DNA of 64,000 nt, taken from contig OX597822.1 of NCBI GenBank assembly GCA_951406725.2, positions 87,668,001 through 87,732,000 on the forward strand. The letters run 5' to 3'. Source of the DNA: Octopus vulgaris. Its lineage: Eukaryota. The position numbers and the translations under genes are program-made. Below are positions 1 to 13,594 of this stretch, piece by piece. The first letter of the stretch is position 1, and each line of letters starts with the position of its first letter. The notes under the pieces were generated by a model. That model was not told the DNA's origin. It saw only the letters and a list, made by a program, of their open reading frames with translations, and made no database searches.

Positions 1-1710
1 TGGTGTTCAGTGTTGTTGACATGAAGAATAGAGCCTATCCAATGATAGGTTTGGCTCTGAATTTTGAACGTTGGCATATAGGAGTCTTCATGAATGGGTT
101 TGTGACCGAAACTTGTCATCTGGAAGGCAGAGTTATAAGCACGAATTTTCTATATAAATTGCAGCAAATCTGGGTGTTGACCAAGGAGTAAAGAGAGGAA
201 AAGCTGAGGAGTGTTTTGCAGGTCAGGCAAGTGAACCTTTCCATTTGAGGGCCTTGCAAAATGGACATATTACAGATATATCTCCAGTAACAGTCTCTTG
301 TTGAGTGCCTTTGATGCCCATCGACTACTCGATGGCTTCCAATAGTCATAGGCAAGAGCCTTCCAATGAGACTGAAGTCTCATCAACCGATGGTTATTGT
401 CATCTGCCAACCTCACAGCAGAAGTGGATGCAGCGTTGCATGCCCAATGGATAGCACTCTTTTGTGGGGTTTCAGCAGCCCTTGTGTCAGCAGCACACAC
501 TTGATAGGTCACATGCTGCTCAGGAGTAGTTGCAGCTCAGGCAGTGGCAGCTTTTTTCAACAGTCTACAGGACTCCTGGTACCCAATTTCCTTAGCCTAC
601 CAATGTAGCTGCCTTGTTGCTACAGAAGACTTTCTGCCAATGCATGCTCTCTTTTTAGGTGGCATGCTTGTATTATCAGGAAAAGGAAAATAGGTTTTAG
701 CGTACCAAGTGATTATCGATTCTGTTATAAGCTAACGAAAACCCCTTTATTCTGTTTCCCCACACAGCCTGCGCATAAAGTAACAGTGAATGTTGCATAA
801 AGTGAAATTGGTATGGAGCTTTCTGAAAGATGCATAAAGCTTTCCCTGGTGGTAGCAAAACTCTTATTTAAAGGTTGATTCTTTGAGACAAATCATATGT
901 GATTGTTTAAAAAAGGCCAGAACCTCAATGCTAAAATGTATTTGTAACAATGGAGAGCAGTCGAAATATAACAGATGGGTAAATAAGCATCCTTAAAGTG
1001 AAACAACACATTGGTAGGTAAACAAAGGTATTAACAAATAGAACAGAGGGAAGGGAACATCACCTTTCAAGTAAATCAGAATAGGTAAAGGTAAGCTTGT
1101 CAAAGTTTAATGCAGCTTAAATATGGAGATTAAGATTGTTTGGTCTTGGATATTCATCACGTACAGTGTTCCTAGTGAATTTAATCATAGTCTAATGCCA
1201 ATATACGACAATACAGATTAAAAAAGTATGGAAGACCCTGCATACAAAAAAACTGTACATACAACAAATTTGGAAATTTTTTTAAAATTAAACATTTATT
1301 TACATGAAAGGAAATTACCTGAGACATAACACATGCTATGCTAAAAATAATAGCTAAATAAGATTTCTTAGATAATCTTTTGAATTAACATAAACATTTA
1401 TTTACATGAAAATAAAATGACAGCTTCCAAATCCTGTTTCCCAACTGGGTCACTGCACAGGTGGACAGTTGAAGTAAACAAATAGACAAAATTCTTTCAC
1501 TTTTATAAAAAAAAAATTTAAAAAATAAGGGAAGATCCTACATACAAGAAACTATGTCCATTTATGTCCATTTACTTGGGAGTTCTGGGCAAAATATTAT
1601 AGTGCATGACCATCCTTGGGACATAACTAACATTTGTGTAAAGTTCAGAATTGGGGAAACGTATGCATTAGTCATTAAACACACACATACTGTGATTTAT
1701 ATATACTAGA
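1..1710 (-). mobile_element. Helitron, 5' part with degenerate Rep/helicase N-terminal coding region; runs off the window start
   Basis: Minus strand over ~40-300 reads ICPFCKALKWKG and KIRAYNSAFQMTSFGHKPIHEDSYMPTFKIQSQTYHWIGS, matching Helitron RepHel N-terminal motifs; RAAETP motif in ORF 270..512. Minus strand at 1711-1700 reads A|TCTAGTATATA, a 5'-TC terminus after A. Stops and frameshifts present; linking the 1710 terminus to the coding part is inferred. Confidence 0.8.
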
Positions 1711-3469
1711 TCAGGAATAAAAGAGAAGAGAAAGGGATACATAACCAATAATTGACACATTTTAACATTAGTCTAACCCCTTGTAGCTATCATTTTACCA
1801 ATATATGAAGAAGAAATTCTTATGAATCAGAAATTTGACAATTTGTGAAATTGTTACATGTCTTATTTTCTACAATAAACAAATATCTATAAAGTAATTT
1901 TATTTATAAGTTCTTTCTTTTTTTGTTTTTTTTGTTATAAATGGCAACATTTTATGACTTTTGATATCAAGGAAAAGAAGAAAAAGGACAACATACTTTG
2001 GATTTTAAAAACTGTAAGCACTTCAAAACATTCTCAACTTTTTGTACCCTAATTTTGCCATCATTTGGTTTGCCAACTCTTTCACCGGATATTAGTTCCA
2101 AAAGTTTCATCAAGATTTTGCCATCAGACAGGTCTGTGAACAGATCGTTGATGTAAAACCGAGTCTAGAAAACAAAAGATAAAAACAATCATAAGGATAA
2201 CATAGAAGTATCTTTTTTTTTTCAGGAAATATTGCCCCCACCCCACCCCAAATATAACTGTGCCTGAGCAGATATTTCCAATATGGCTGTCTTTCTTTTT
2301 CATTATACTTTAGTTGTGCCTTACGCATGTGCAGCCATACTCAACATGCATGTCTCGCCTTGTTTTAGATGAATTTTCTTGTTTGCTGCCGTTGACATAA
2401 AATTCATTTCTGCTTGAAGGTACACTGTTTCCCAGATGTATTTTATAATTATTTGAAGGAACAGAGAAAGTAGTGTTTGTGTGTGACAGGTGTACAGGAG
2501 AACATGATACATGAGGATAGGTTTTCCAAAATAATAGGTAATTCATTGGATATTTTCTATCCCTTAAGGGGGTTATTTTAACCTCTATTTAAATTTATAT
2601 ATATATATATAGATCTGCAATGTTTGTAGTCATGTATGTTTGTTAAGATCAGGGCTCATTAGCCACCAATGGAGCTGCAAATGCAAAATATAAGTTAGTC
2701 CTAGAGAACACAATGTTCCTAAAGGTCAGCAAATGGTCTTCCTCGGTCACAAGTGGATGGCCATCATATATGCGGCTCATTCCAGTGTTTCGTTATTATT
2801 GGCAGCCACGTTATGTACTGCTAAGCTAAGATATTCTTTCGTTATTTTGATTGTTTCATTCCTTCATAGATCTAACATGCATTATTACTAATTACTAATT
2901 TCGTAAGCTAATTATTTCAATTGACTCTTCAATATATAACTTCCACATCTTAATCTCTCTCTCTCTCTCTGCCTTAGTTTTTCTCTTTAATTTTTCATGT
3001 AATTTCCAAATTGAAATCTCTCTAAAACCTTATTTTTCTTTTTCCTCCTGTATTTTCACGTTGGCTAAATATTTTTTGTACTGTCTCTTAAATAATCCTT
3101 GCGTGTTTCGCAATGTGCTCACCCATTCAGGACCCCACCACAGTACCAGATATCTTGCTTCTCTCACCAGAAACCTCCCTCCCTCACTGGTGGTCTCCTC
3201 TATCATATCTGCAATCTTGCCTCCTTTCTCTCCCTCTCTCAGGGCTAACGCAATCAGTTTAGAAGCTCATCTTGGGAACACACCCACCCACTCACCTTTC
3301 CCAATCCCCAGTTTACTTCACCATATACACCACCCTGTAATTTGGGTGCACAGCCCCTGCCTTTTCTGTCACATCTTCATCTTTCTTTCCTCTCTCTCTC
3401 TATCTGAAGTACCGGTGTTTCTCTTCTATTGCAAGATACCTTTTCTGTCCAATACTATTCCCTGTAGTT

Positions 3470-3650
3470 GAGAGGTCGTGACCTGCACGCTATTTGGTGA
3501 CCTTCCTGCAATAGGTGCCATGTAAAAAGCAACCAGTACACACTGTAAAGTGGTAGGCTTTAGGAAGGGCATCCAGCTATAGAAACTGTGCCAAAACAGA
3601 CAGCAGAGCTTGCAGTTTTCCGATTTGTCAGTTCTTGTTAAACTGTCCTA
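3470..3650 (+). mobile_element. RTE LINE 3' UTR fragment, preceded by a pyrimidine-rich tract
   Basis: Contains GGAAGGGCATCCAGCT and CACACTGTAAAGTGG motifs shared with RTE 3' UTRs at ~5860 and ~12060. Confidence 0.6.
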
Positions 3651-4329
3651 AGCATATTTGGATTGCAGATAAGTGCTGAGCAAAGTAAGCATATATATGT
3701 AGGAGTCAGAGGGAAACCATAAAAACTTAGAATTGTACAAGTAGGTTAGAAGTTTGCAGTGCTAAGGATGTAAGAAAAACAAACAGGCAATAGCTGATGG
3801 TATGAAGGTAGGATGTTAAATAATTACATTCATATCCATACACACACACACACACACACACAGACACACACACTCACTCACATATAAATAGTACCTTTAA
3901 AAAAAAATTTAGAAAAATTTTGATCTTATAGGTATGGAATATTGCTTACCTTTTCAAGAAATGAATTTGCCCATTTTGTGAAAGTTTTCTTTTGAATTTG
4001 TACACGTTCTTGCTGGAGGATCTTAATTCTCCGAGATTCAAAATTTTCAGTCATGATTCTTTGTTATTGTTTATCTGTAATAAAAATTAAATAATATTGA
4101 ACAAAGCAATAAATATAAAAATAAGAGATAAAAGAAATTGACGTGAAAAACAATATTAGAGCATGGTTGTTGCCAGTGCCACCGGTCTGGCTCCCATGCA
4201 AAATATTTCCAAGCAAAAATGCTAAAGCATAGATATTTAGGTAAGGCAGGAAATGTACACCAACAACACATACACACATACTTATTAGCATTAAGTTTCA
4301 AAACACAAAACTGTTTCAACATATTTATT

Positions 4330-6092
4330 GGTTTCTTGGAATAGAAAAATATGGAGTTTGGTTTTGTATTTGGGAAGAGTACTACAGATGCCATCTTCCT
4401 AGGGAGATGGCTGCAGGAGAAATACTTAGCCAAAAGTAAGCCGTTGTATTTAGCTTTCATTGACCTGGAGAAAGCTTTTGACAGACTTCCCCGCTCTGTT
4501 ATATGGTTGTCTCTAAGAAAGTTATGAGTAGAAGAGTGGCTTGTCAGAGTGAAAGGTAGACTCTATGATGCTTGTGTACAAATGGCTATACTCCATGGTA
4601 GTGAGACATGGGCTCTGAATGCAGAAGACATGCATAGACTGGAGAGAAATGAAGGTAGTATGCTCTGTTGGATGTGCAACATCAGTGAACATGTGTGACA
4701 AAGTGCAAATGTAGAGAGAAAAGTTGGACATAAGAGGAATCAAATATAGTATGCAAGAGAGAAGACTATGCTGGTTTGGACATGTGATGTGTATGAATGA
4801 GGACAGCTGCATAAAGAAGTGCCCATCACTGAAAGTGGACGGTACCTGTGGAAGAGGGAGGTCCAGGAAGACCTGGGATGAAGTGGTAAGGACCTGATGG
4901 AGGTAATGACAAGGGACAGAAATGTGTGGCGATATGAAGTTAAGACCTCTTATGTCCAACAGTGAAACAGTTCCAGAAGAACTATGTAGAAAACCTCTCA
5001 CACACTCGACCACAACAAACCAAACTACATCTTTATATCCCTTCTCTTCCTCACATTTCCACTTCATGTACTATGATTACCTCTCACTCCCCAATCTTGT
5101 CTTCTTGGCCTGGTGCCACTGTATCATTGCTCTCTGCTTGCCCCCCGACCTGTGCATTCTACCCACATACCTTGTCTCGCTCTATTATTGCCATCTGCTA
5201 GCCCCCAACCTGGCTGTTCCACACACACACACGTAACAAAAATTTTTCCCTCACCCTACCTCAACAAACCAATTTACATCTCTTTCTCGCATTTCCTCCT
5301 TCATACACTATCCCTAGCTCTCGAATCCTGTCCTCATACTCATGTTCCGCTGTATCATTCCTATCCCTCCAGCTCTATAAATACCCAGGTCTTTATCCTC
5401 TTACTTGCACTCTTTAATCACACTCCCTTCACAATATCCTTTCACTTATGGCATTTGAACCTGAAGACTATGCCCTGGCACTTGCCACAATCTATATATC
5501 TCTCTTCCTTTACTCAATGATCTCATTTATATTCCGATCCCTGTTCCTTATGAGCATGCCCAGCATTTTGCCACCATCTCCATCCTGCAGTCTCCCACTC
5601 TCTCTCTCACTCTCCTCCTGTACTTCCCTCAGGTTGGGCAAATGTGTATTTTCTTGACAGTAGCACACCCGTTTCTGTCTTCATTCCTGATCTTTCTTTC
5701 TCTGGCTGGGTAACCTTGTACTTCCACTTCAGCAAAACACCTATATCTGTCTCACTATAACCTTTTCATCAATACCTCCTCTCCTCTTAAAAGTTTTTGT
5801 CTTGTATGTACTTGGTGACCTTGTCAATGCAGGTGCCACTTAAAAGCATCCAGTCCACACTGTAAAGTGGTTGGTTCCAGAAGGGCATCCAGCTGTAAAA
5901 GCCTTGCCAAAACTGAGCTTGCCTGTGCTTGTGCCACATAAAAAGCACTATTCACATTCTGCTGAGGAATGGCATCCAGCTGTAAAAATCCTGCCATAAC
6001 AATCACAGAAGTCTGGTGCAGGCTTTGGCCGACTGGCTCTTGTACCGTCCCACCCATGCTAGCATGGAACAGAGATGTTAAATGATGATGAA
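4330..6092 (+). mobile_element. RTE-clade LINE remnant: RT fragment with internal deletion, long CT-rich 3' UTR, (GAT)n tail
   Basis: GFVFGKSTTDAIF, LYLAFIDLEKAFD, KGRLYDACV, LHGSETWAL, LCWFGHV, GRGRSRKTW motifs across frames; tail CCATGCTAGCATGGAA...TAAATGATGATG. Confidence 0.9.
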
Positions 6093-6139
6093 GACTGAGA
6101 CATTGGTTCTCTCAAGAAAGTCTTCTCAGTAACATTCTG

Positions 6140-6760
6140 CATGTTAGTAGAACATCATTGAATCAAGTGGAGAAGTTTAAGGATTTTAGGGCTGTATTCA
6201 CAAATGATGGGAAGGAGGAGGCTAAATTAGATAGAATTGCAAGGGCTGGCACAGCAATGTGCCATCTCCAGCATTTGGTAGTCAGATAAGAAGTTAGAAA
6301 ACAGCAAAACTCATTATCTACAATTTGGCTTATTTTAACCTATGATAATGAATGTTGTGTTTCGGATTACACTCTTTTGGTCATTACCCAAGTGGCTGAT
6401 ATGGGGTCCTTCAGAAGGATCTCTGAAGTATCTTTATCTTGGAGATTTGGGAATCTCTCCAGGTTGAGCTGCTACTTCTTCACTTTGAAAAGTCACAGTT
6501 CCAGTACTATTGGTATGTGATTAAAATGTCGTAGGAAAAAATCACAAGATGGATTCTTCAAACCAAACCAACCAGGAGACCTTGGGGTAGACTGAAAACA
6601 AGGTGGTTGGCTAATATCCATGGTCTCAGTTGGTTACACTTGGAAATCCAGCCAGAAAGTGTCATGGTGGTTGTTTCTGATAGGACTATATGGAGGAAGT
6701 GCCCAAGGACTTTAACCTTTGACTTTCTCAGAAATATTGAGCAGAGAAGATGGATGGATA
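6140..6760 (+). mobile_element. Degenerate RTE LINE of a second family, C-terminal region
   Basis: LNQVEKFK..AVFTNDGK..RIARAG and RRPWGRLKTRW-like motifs; related fragment on minus strand at ~24700-24905. Confidence 0.65.
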
Positions 6761-8722
6761 AAAAATGATAAAAACTTTTCCAGTGATAGTTATTGTACAC
6801 ATGAAAGATTATCTTATTTATTTGAATAAACTAAATCAGAAGTTTGTAAAATATGATAGTAATTTTTTTATAAAGAAAATCTAACACTGAGATTGTTTAG
6901 GAATTTACTACAAAAATCTCAAAAGATTAAGACAGCTACTCTATCCTTGAGAAATGTCACTCTAAAATCAGGTAACCACCTCAAAGTATTTATGGCATGT
7001 AAGCTACCCCACCTTATGTTTCAGAGACTAAAAAGCCATTCATGTGTGGTGGGTGATATATGCATTGAGTTGAGTATACAGATCTATCCAAGCAACATTC
7101 TTTATAACCTAGCACTCTGGAATGTCAGCACTTGAATAACTAAATCTAGGTTAACAATTACATTGTCACCTTTCCTGAAGTTTGTCTTTTGCTACACTAG
7201 TATTGTTCACACACCCATTCAATTATTCTTTTTATTATTGACTGGTTTCCATATTTATATTTACAACTACTTTTTTTTACACACTTCATTTTTTTCTTTG
7301 CTAAATGACATTTTTTTTTCTTTAAAAAAATCTTTTTTTAATACATAGTTTGAACAGATTGAAAATTTAAGTGCCATAATTTTTTTGCTTATAGATTTAC
7401 TGCATTTATTTTCTGATTTATGGCTAAACTCATATCAAATTAATGACAATATAGTTACCCAAACATATTTAGATTAAATAAGTTTAGTTTAGAAAGTATT
7501 TGTAAATGAAAACTAGACATATCTATTCATACTGGTTACATTTTTATCATTGAATTAAAATTTAGTGCATGTCTACAAACTCAGAATGTATGGTTGATGT
7601 TTTAAAAGTGGTTATCACATCATTTTATTCCTTTATATCTTGTTCAAGTACTGCTCAAATCAGAATGTATGTTACATTGTTTATTGTGATTGATTGGTTA
7701 GTAATAAGTTAAGGCTTATATTTATGAAATAATGTCTTTTTTAAAGCAAAATTTAAAATAATGCTATATGTTACTCCATGTTTACTTAATTTCACCGTTC
7801 AAAAAAGCCCATTTTGATATATTGGCTTATACATACAAGAAAGATAACCACCTCAACTAACGTGTAATCCAGATGGTTTGGATGAAATGTCATGTATTAA
7901 AATTTGAACATCACAAAAATACATCAAAGTAGAGTTCATATGGTGAAATTAGATTGGACTTTAGAATAGTAAGCCTTTTAAATGAAATGACAAAGCATTG
8001 AGTCATGTGCAAAAGGTGTACTGCTGGACCGATCAGCTCCTGTTAGTATCAATAACTGGGCATAGACATCCTGATATGGTTGTAATGCTTTTAGTGATTA
8101 AAATTGTAACACAAGACAGTATATAATCGTGTCACCTTCAGCAACATGAGGATGCAATCACTACGTGTCAAGAAAATAATTTTGTATCCTTGAACAAAAT
8201 TATGAACAATACAAGAAACCCTCAAAATTGCTACAAATTTTTGGCTATCATCAATAATGATAATATCTGATTATTTCTCATCACAAATATTGGCCACCTT
8301 AGCTCTCTACAGTTACTAAGTATAAATGGAGTATTTATTGCTCCTATCTTATACAGTACCTCCATAACATATACAGACATCCTAGATCATCTCCCAAAAA
8401 AAGGCCACTCGAATGGCATGGAATTACTCTTCAATGCAAACTAACCTAGGACTCGCATATGTGATGTGTCTCTTCACTCTACCTTTTCAACTTCTGCTAC
8501 AGTGGCCTCGATTCCTTTTGAATTAGTTGATTTCAAGCAATCACCACACTGGCCCACCTCAATCATTCATTTCTCACTTTTTCTTGTCATCCACAGTGTA
8601 ACTCTGCCTCCCGCTCATTTTCATGCACCCTTAAAACACTTGAAGTGAAGCATTTGAAATGAAATATATGTAAACAAGAACAAAACTGAATTTTTTAGAT
8701 TTTTGTTTTTTTTTGTTTCATA

Positions 8723-8897
8723 GGCGCAGGAGTGGCTGTGTGGTAAGTAGCTTGCTTACCAACCACATGGTTCCGGGTTCAGTCCCACTGCGTGGCATCT
8801 TGGGCAAGTGTCTTCTGCTATAGCCTCGGGCCGACCAATGCCTTGTGAGTGGATTTGGAAGACGGAAACTGAAAGAAGCCTGTCGGATATATGTATA

Positions 8898-8946
<49 letters not shown>

Positions 8947-9180
8947 ATATATATATATATGTATGTGTGTGCATGTTTGTATGTCTGTGTTTGTCCCCCT
9001 AGCATTGCTTGACAACCGATGCTGGTGTGTTTATGTCCCCGTCACTTAGCAGTTCGGCAAAAAGAGACTGATAGAATAAGTACTGGGCTTACAAAGAGTA
9101 AGTCCCAGGGTCGAGTTGCTCGATTAAAGGCAGTGCTCCAGCTTGGCCGCAGTCAAATGACTGAAACAAGTAAAGAGTAA
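8723..9180 (+). mobile_element. tRNA-type SINE family A, full length, with internal (TA)n
   Basis: Head GGCGCAGGAGTGGCTGTGTGG with B-box-like GGTTCAGTCCC; near-identical copy at 55697-56110; 3' tail ...TGACTGAAACAAGTAAA. Confidence 0.9.
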
Positions 9181-9854
9181 ATACTTATTGCAAATGTGTT
9201 AAATAAAGTTACTTCTCTCTTCATTCTTCTTTGTTTATATTTGAAATACTTGAGGTTAAACCATGAAGTTTTGCATAGTATATAATAACAGCTTCCTGGC
9301 ACAGATCATCAATACTTTTTAGTGATAAATTGGTCTATTGGCAGCAATGATAATATCCACTCTGTGGATTGTACTGAATGTTATTCAGCCAAGTTGCTTA
9401 GAAGTAGGTAATAACAATAAAAAAAAAAATAGTTGTTCATTGTAATTTTTGTTCTTGTTTATTCAAAGTATTCTGATTAGAATAATTAACACCGACCAAA
9501 TAAAGTTGTCTGAATTTTTTTCCACTTTGAAAATTAGTGACTCCAAAGAAATTGGTACTAACTGAAGTATGTGATGTTTTAACTACTATTCAATTCTGAT
9601 GATTCAACTAAGTTTGATTTTTACATTTAGTAGACTAATCGACTTTCTTTAGGTCTCACAGAATATTGCTGCCCTTTTCCTTGATCTTTTTTCTTATATT
9701 TTCTTTTCTTTTTTTCCTGCTTTTGATTTTCTATTTTTTTATACTCCTTTGCTACATCCTCTTTATGAATGCAGTCTTTCTGCTCTAACTTTTAAGTTAA
9801 GGATATAGTAACTCAAAAGTTTGGCTTATAATGAAATTTACTGAGACAATCTTG

Positions 9855-10030
9855 TGTTGGTGCTCTGTAAAAAGCACCCAGTCTACTCTGTAAAGCTGGC
9901 ATTTTTATGGCATCCAGCCATAAAAACCATGCCAAAACAGTGGGGTTTGGTGCAGTCCTCTGGCTTATCAGTTCCTATCACACCATCCAACCTATGCCAG
10001 CATGGAAGACAGATATTAAATGATGATGTT
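9855..10030 (+). mobile_element. RTE 3' UTR/tail fragment
   Basis: GGCATCCAGCC...CCAACCTATGCCAGCATGGAA...TAAATGATGATG. Confidence 0.7.
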
Positions 10031-10491
10031 AATTGTAAGATTTTCAACACAACTTCTGTGAGAAGTGGCTGGGACTATTATCTTAGTCTTCACCACCAAA
10101 TTTTATGATGATCTTTATGCACAGTCTTCACTCAGTCACACACTGTCCCTCTCTTACCCTTATCCTCATAATCTATCACTCACTCGTGCTCTCCCTCAAT
10201 ATTTCTGTCTTGCCCTTGCTAATGATAGACTTACTGTGCTGAGGTTCAGTATGTATATTTTTCTCTGTTTATTAAACAATTGACTTAAGATTGAATTCTT
10301 AGGTGCAATAAAAAGCTTACATGTTTAGTAATCAGTTATATCTATCACTGAATGGTTGGTTATGTTACACTAAGGCAGTATGAAAAAGGGAGCTCTGATA
10401 TTCATCCCGCTTTTCAAGAGTACCAGGGTTATAGGTGAAAGAAATTATTTGTTGCCTATTCTTCCTACTAAGCCATCCCTGATTTTGTAGA

Positions 10492-12190
10492 CTGATCCCT
10501 TATCTGGTGGGCAATGTGGAAACTGGAGATAGACGAATGGTTAATAAGGGCTATACAGGCCCTATATAGAGAGGCCATTAGTAAGGTTAGGATTGGCAAC
10601 GAGTATAGTGAAGAATTCTGGGTAGAAGTAGGGGTCCACTAAGGTTCAGCCCTCAGTTCCCTTTTATTCATCATAGTCCTCCAGGCAATAACAGAGGAAT
10701 TCAAGACAGGTTGCCCCTGAGAACTCTTCTATGCTGATGACCTGGCCCTCATAGCAGAATCACTACAAGAACTAGAAAAGAAATTTTGTGTGTGGAAGCT
10801 AAGTTTAGAATCAAAAGGCCTTAGAGTCAATGTAGCAAAGACCAAAGTTCTAGTAAGTAGGAAGGCGAACTCATCACACACCCACTCAAGTAGGTGGCCC
10901 TGCTCGATCTGTAGAAAAGATGTAGGTAGAAACTCCATAAGATGTACCCAGTGTAAGCTATGAACACAGAAGAGGTGCAGCAACATCAAAGGAAAATTAA
11001 CCGAGAAGATAGCTTTCGTGTGCAGCAGATGCACAGGGGTAATAGACACCACAGATACTCAGCAAACAGATTCCATCACACTCCAGGGGGAGAAACTAGA
11101 AATAGTTGATAGTTTCCGCTACCTAAGTGACCAAGTTAGTAGCGGGGGTGGATGCTCAGAGAGTGTTACCACTAGAATACAAATAGCCTGGACAAAGTTT
11201 AGAAAGCTTCTACCCCTATTGGTGACAAAAGGGTCTCTCACTCAGAGTGAAAGGTAGATTGTACAATGCATGTGTGTGAACTGCCATGCTTCATGGTAGT
11301 GAAACATGGGCTGTAACTGGAGAGGACATGCATAGGCTTGAAAGAAATGAAGCTAGCATGATCAGCTGGATGTGTAATGTCAGTGTGCACATACGACAGA
11401 GAATAAGTGCCCTGAGAGAAATGCTGGACAGAAGAAGCATCGGATGCAGCGTGCAAGAGAGACGTTTGCGCTGGTATGGTCATGTACTACAGATGGATGA
11501 GGAGTGATGGGTGAAGAAGTGCCACTCCCAAACAGTTGAAGGAATCCAGGGTAGAGGTAGACCCAGGAAGACATGGAATGAGGTGGTCAAGCATGACCTT
11601 CGAATGTTGGGCCTCACAGAGGCAATGACGAAAGACCAAGATCTCTGGAGATATGCTGTGACTGCGAAGACCCGATAAATAACATGAGTTCATGGCTGTT
11701 TCCTGCACCAGTTTCACATAGCAGCCCCAGCCCATCCAAAGTACCTTGGATTGCAGAACGACCTGCTGTGCTTACCTTGGATTGTAGGGTGACCTGTTGT
11801 GCTTGAGGAGACCTATTGAGTCAAGTACATCAACATCAAAATAAAAAATCAGATGGAAATTGTAGTTGTGATACCTGTGCTGGTGGCACATAAAAAGCAC
11901 CATCTGAACATGGCCGATGCCAGCGCCGTCTTGACTGGCTTCCATGCCGGTGGCACATAAAAAGTGCCAAACAATCGTGTCTGCTGCCAGCCTCTCTTGG
12001 CACCTGTGCCGGTGGCACTTAAAAGCAACCACTACTCTCACGGAGTGGTTGGCGTTTGGAAGGGCATCCAGCTGTAGAAACACTGCCAGATCAGACTGGA
12101 GCCTGGTGCAGCCTCCTGGCTTCCCAGACCCCGGTTGAACTATCCAACCCATGCTAGCATGGAAAACGGACGTTAAATGATGATGATGAT
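10492..12190 (+). mobile_element. 5'-truncated RTE LINE: RT, PHD-like insertion, 3' UTR, (GAT)n tail
   Basis: VGVH*GSALSSLLF, LFYADDLAL, CSICRKDVGRNSIRCTQC, LEIVDSFRYL, LHGSETWAV, RRLRWYGHV, GRGRPRKTW; several stops; tail at 12160-12190. Confidence 0.95.
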
Positions 12191-12236
12191 AATCAAAACT
12201 ATTGAAATCATAATTATCCCATCATGGGTTAAGATA

Positions 12237-13272
12237 ACTGTTCTTGGCCCCCTTTTATTTGTTGCATATGTTAATGACATAGATGCCAACTTAAAGAATG
12301 CCACGGTGCTGAAATATGCAGAGGACATCAAGCTGTACCTTGAAATAAAGAGGACAGATTCTGTACACTATAGATCTTTATTGCAATCAGACCTGGACAC
12401 AATGCAGCAGTGGATCATGGACTGGCAACTCAAGCTGGCTGTGGACAAATGTACCGCCATGCATTTTGGGAGGAAAAACCCAGCGTCTACTTACTCCCTC
12501 CACAACACTAATCTCAAAAAGTCTTCTTGTGAACATGACCTGGGCATTATTGTCGACAATGATTTGCGTTGGACAAAACACATTGCTAAAATTGCGAAGA
12601 AGGCTGAGGGTGTCTTGGCATCACTTACCAAGTCCTCTATGAGCCACTCTCCGGCTATCTATCTGAGGAGGCTTTATATAGCTATGGTGTGGCCTCACCT
12701 GGAATTTGCATCACCGGTCTGAAACCCCTATCTTGCCCAGGATATTAATCATCTGGAAACCGTTCAGTGATGAGCAACCAAGAGAATACTCTCCATCAAA
12801 CATTTACCATATTCTGAACACCTTACTTTCCTGGGCATGGATACATTGAAACTCCATCTGGCAGCTGACTTGGCAGACACCCATAAAATTATTAACCATC
12901 TTACTAACAATAACTGAGCACCTTTTTCAAACTCCACCTGTCTAACACCTGTGGACATGTTTACAGAGTCAGAAAACAGCACAGCTCACATGACTTTCAG
13001 AAACATTTTTTCACACTAAGAGTTGTTGAAGTATGAAACAAACTGCCGGCATCAGTTGTTAGTTGTCAGAGCACTGTATCCTGCAAAACTTCCATGCTTC
13101 CTGAGATTTGCCAACACTATACCTGATTTTTCCCCTCCATACACACGCAAGCATGTATCTGACTCATACATGGTTCACTTCACAGACATTTGTACATTAC
13201 TGCATATGCTTTATACGCACTTTTTACAAGTTGTGGTGCACCTGAGCACTGTATACAATAATTTCATTATAT
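12237..13272 (+). mobile_element. 5'-truncated CR1/L2-group LINE RT fragment
   Basis: ORF 12177..12722: VLGPLLFVAYVND, KYAEDIKLY, WQLKLAVDKC, EHDLGIIVD, HLEFASPV; then FRKHFFT-type C-terminus and (ATT)n end. Confidence 0.9.
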
Positions 13273-13594
13273 TATATATATTTTGGACCCTTCATTTTTA
13301 TGTCAATAATGATATTTCTGCTATTTCTAGCAGGTTGAGCAACCACATAGAGGATACAATTTCAATCTATTGGGTAATACTTCTAATTTTCAACTAATTA
13401 TTTCATTGTTAGATTTTCTCTTTCAATTTTTACTTTTTTTATATTGACTGATAAATTGTTTATTTTGTTTGAAAATATTGGAATATTTAATTAGACACTG
13501 TAAGTTAGTAGAACATCTGATAGCATTGTTATTGAAATATAGGTCAGTTTTGTATTTAATCACATTTTACAATTTTTGCTTACTTTTATCTCTT

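Noticed and set aside
8723-8800. tRNA genes at SINE heads
   Set aside because: A/B-box-like motifs are present but are fused to SINE bodies in multiple copies and no full cloverleaf is evident.
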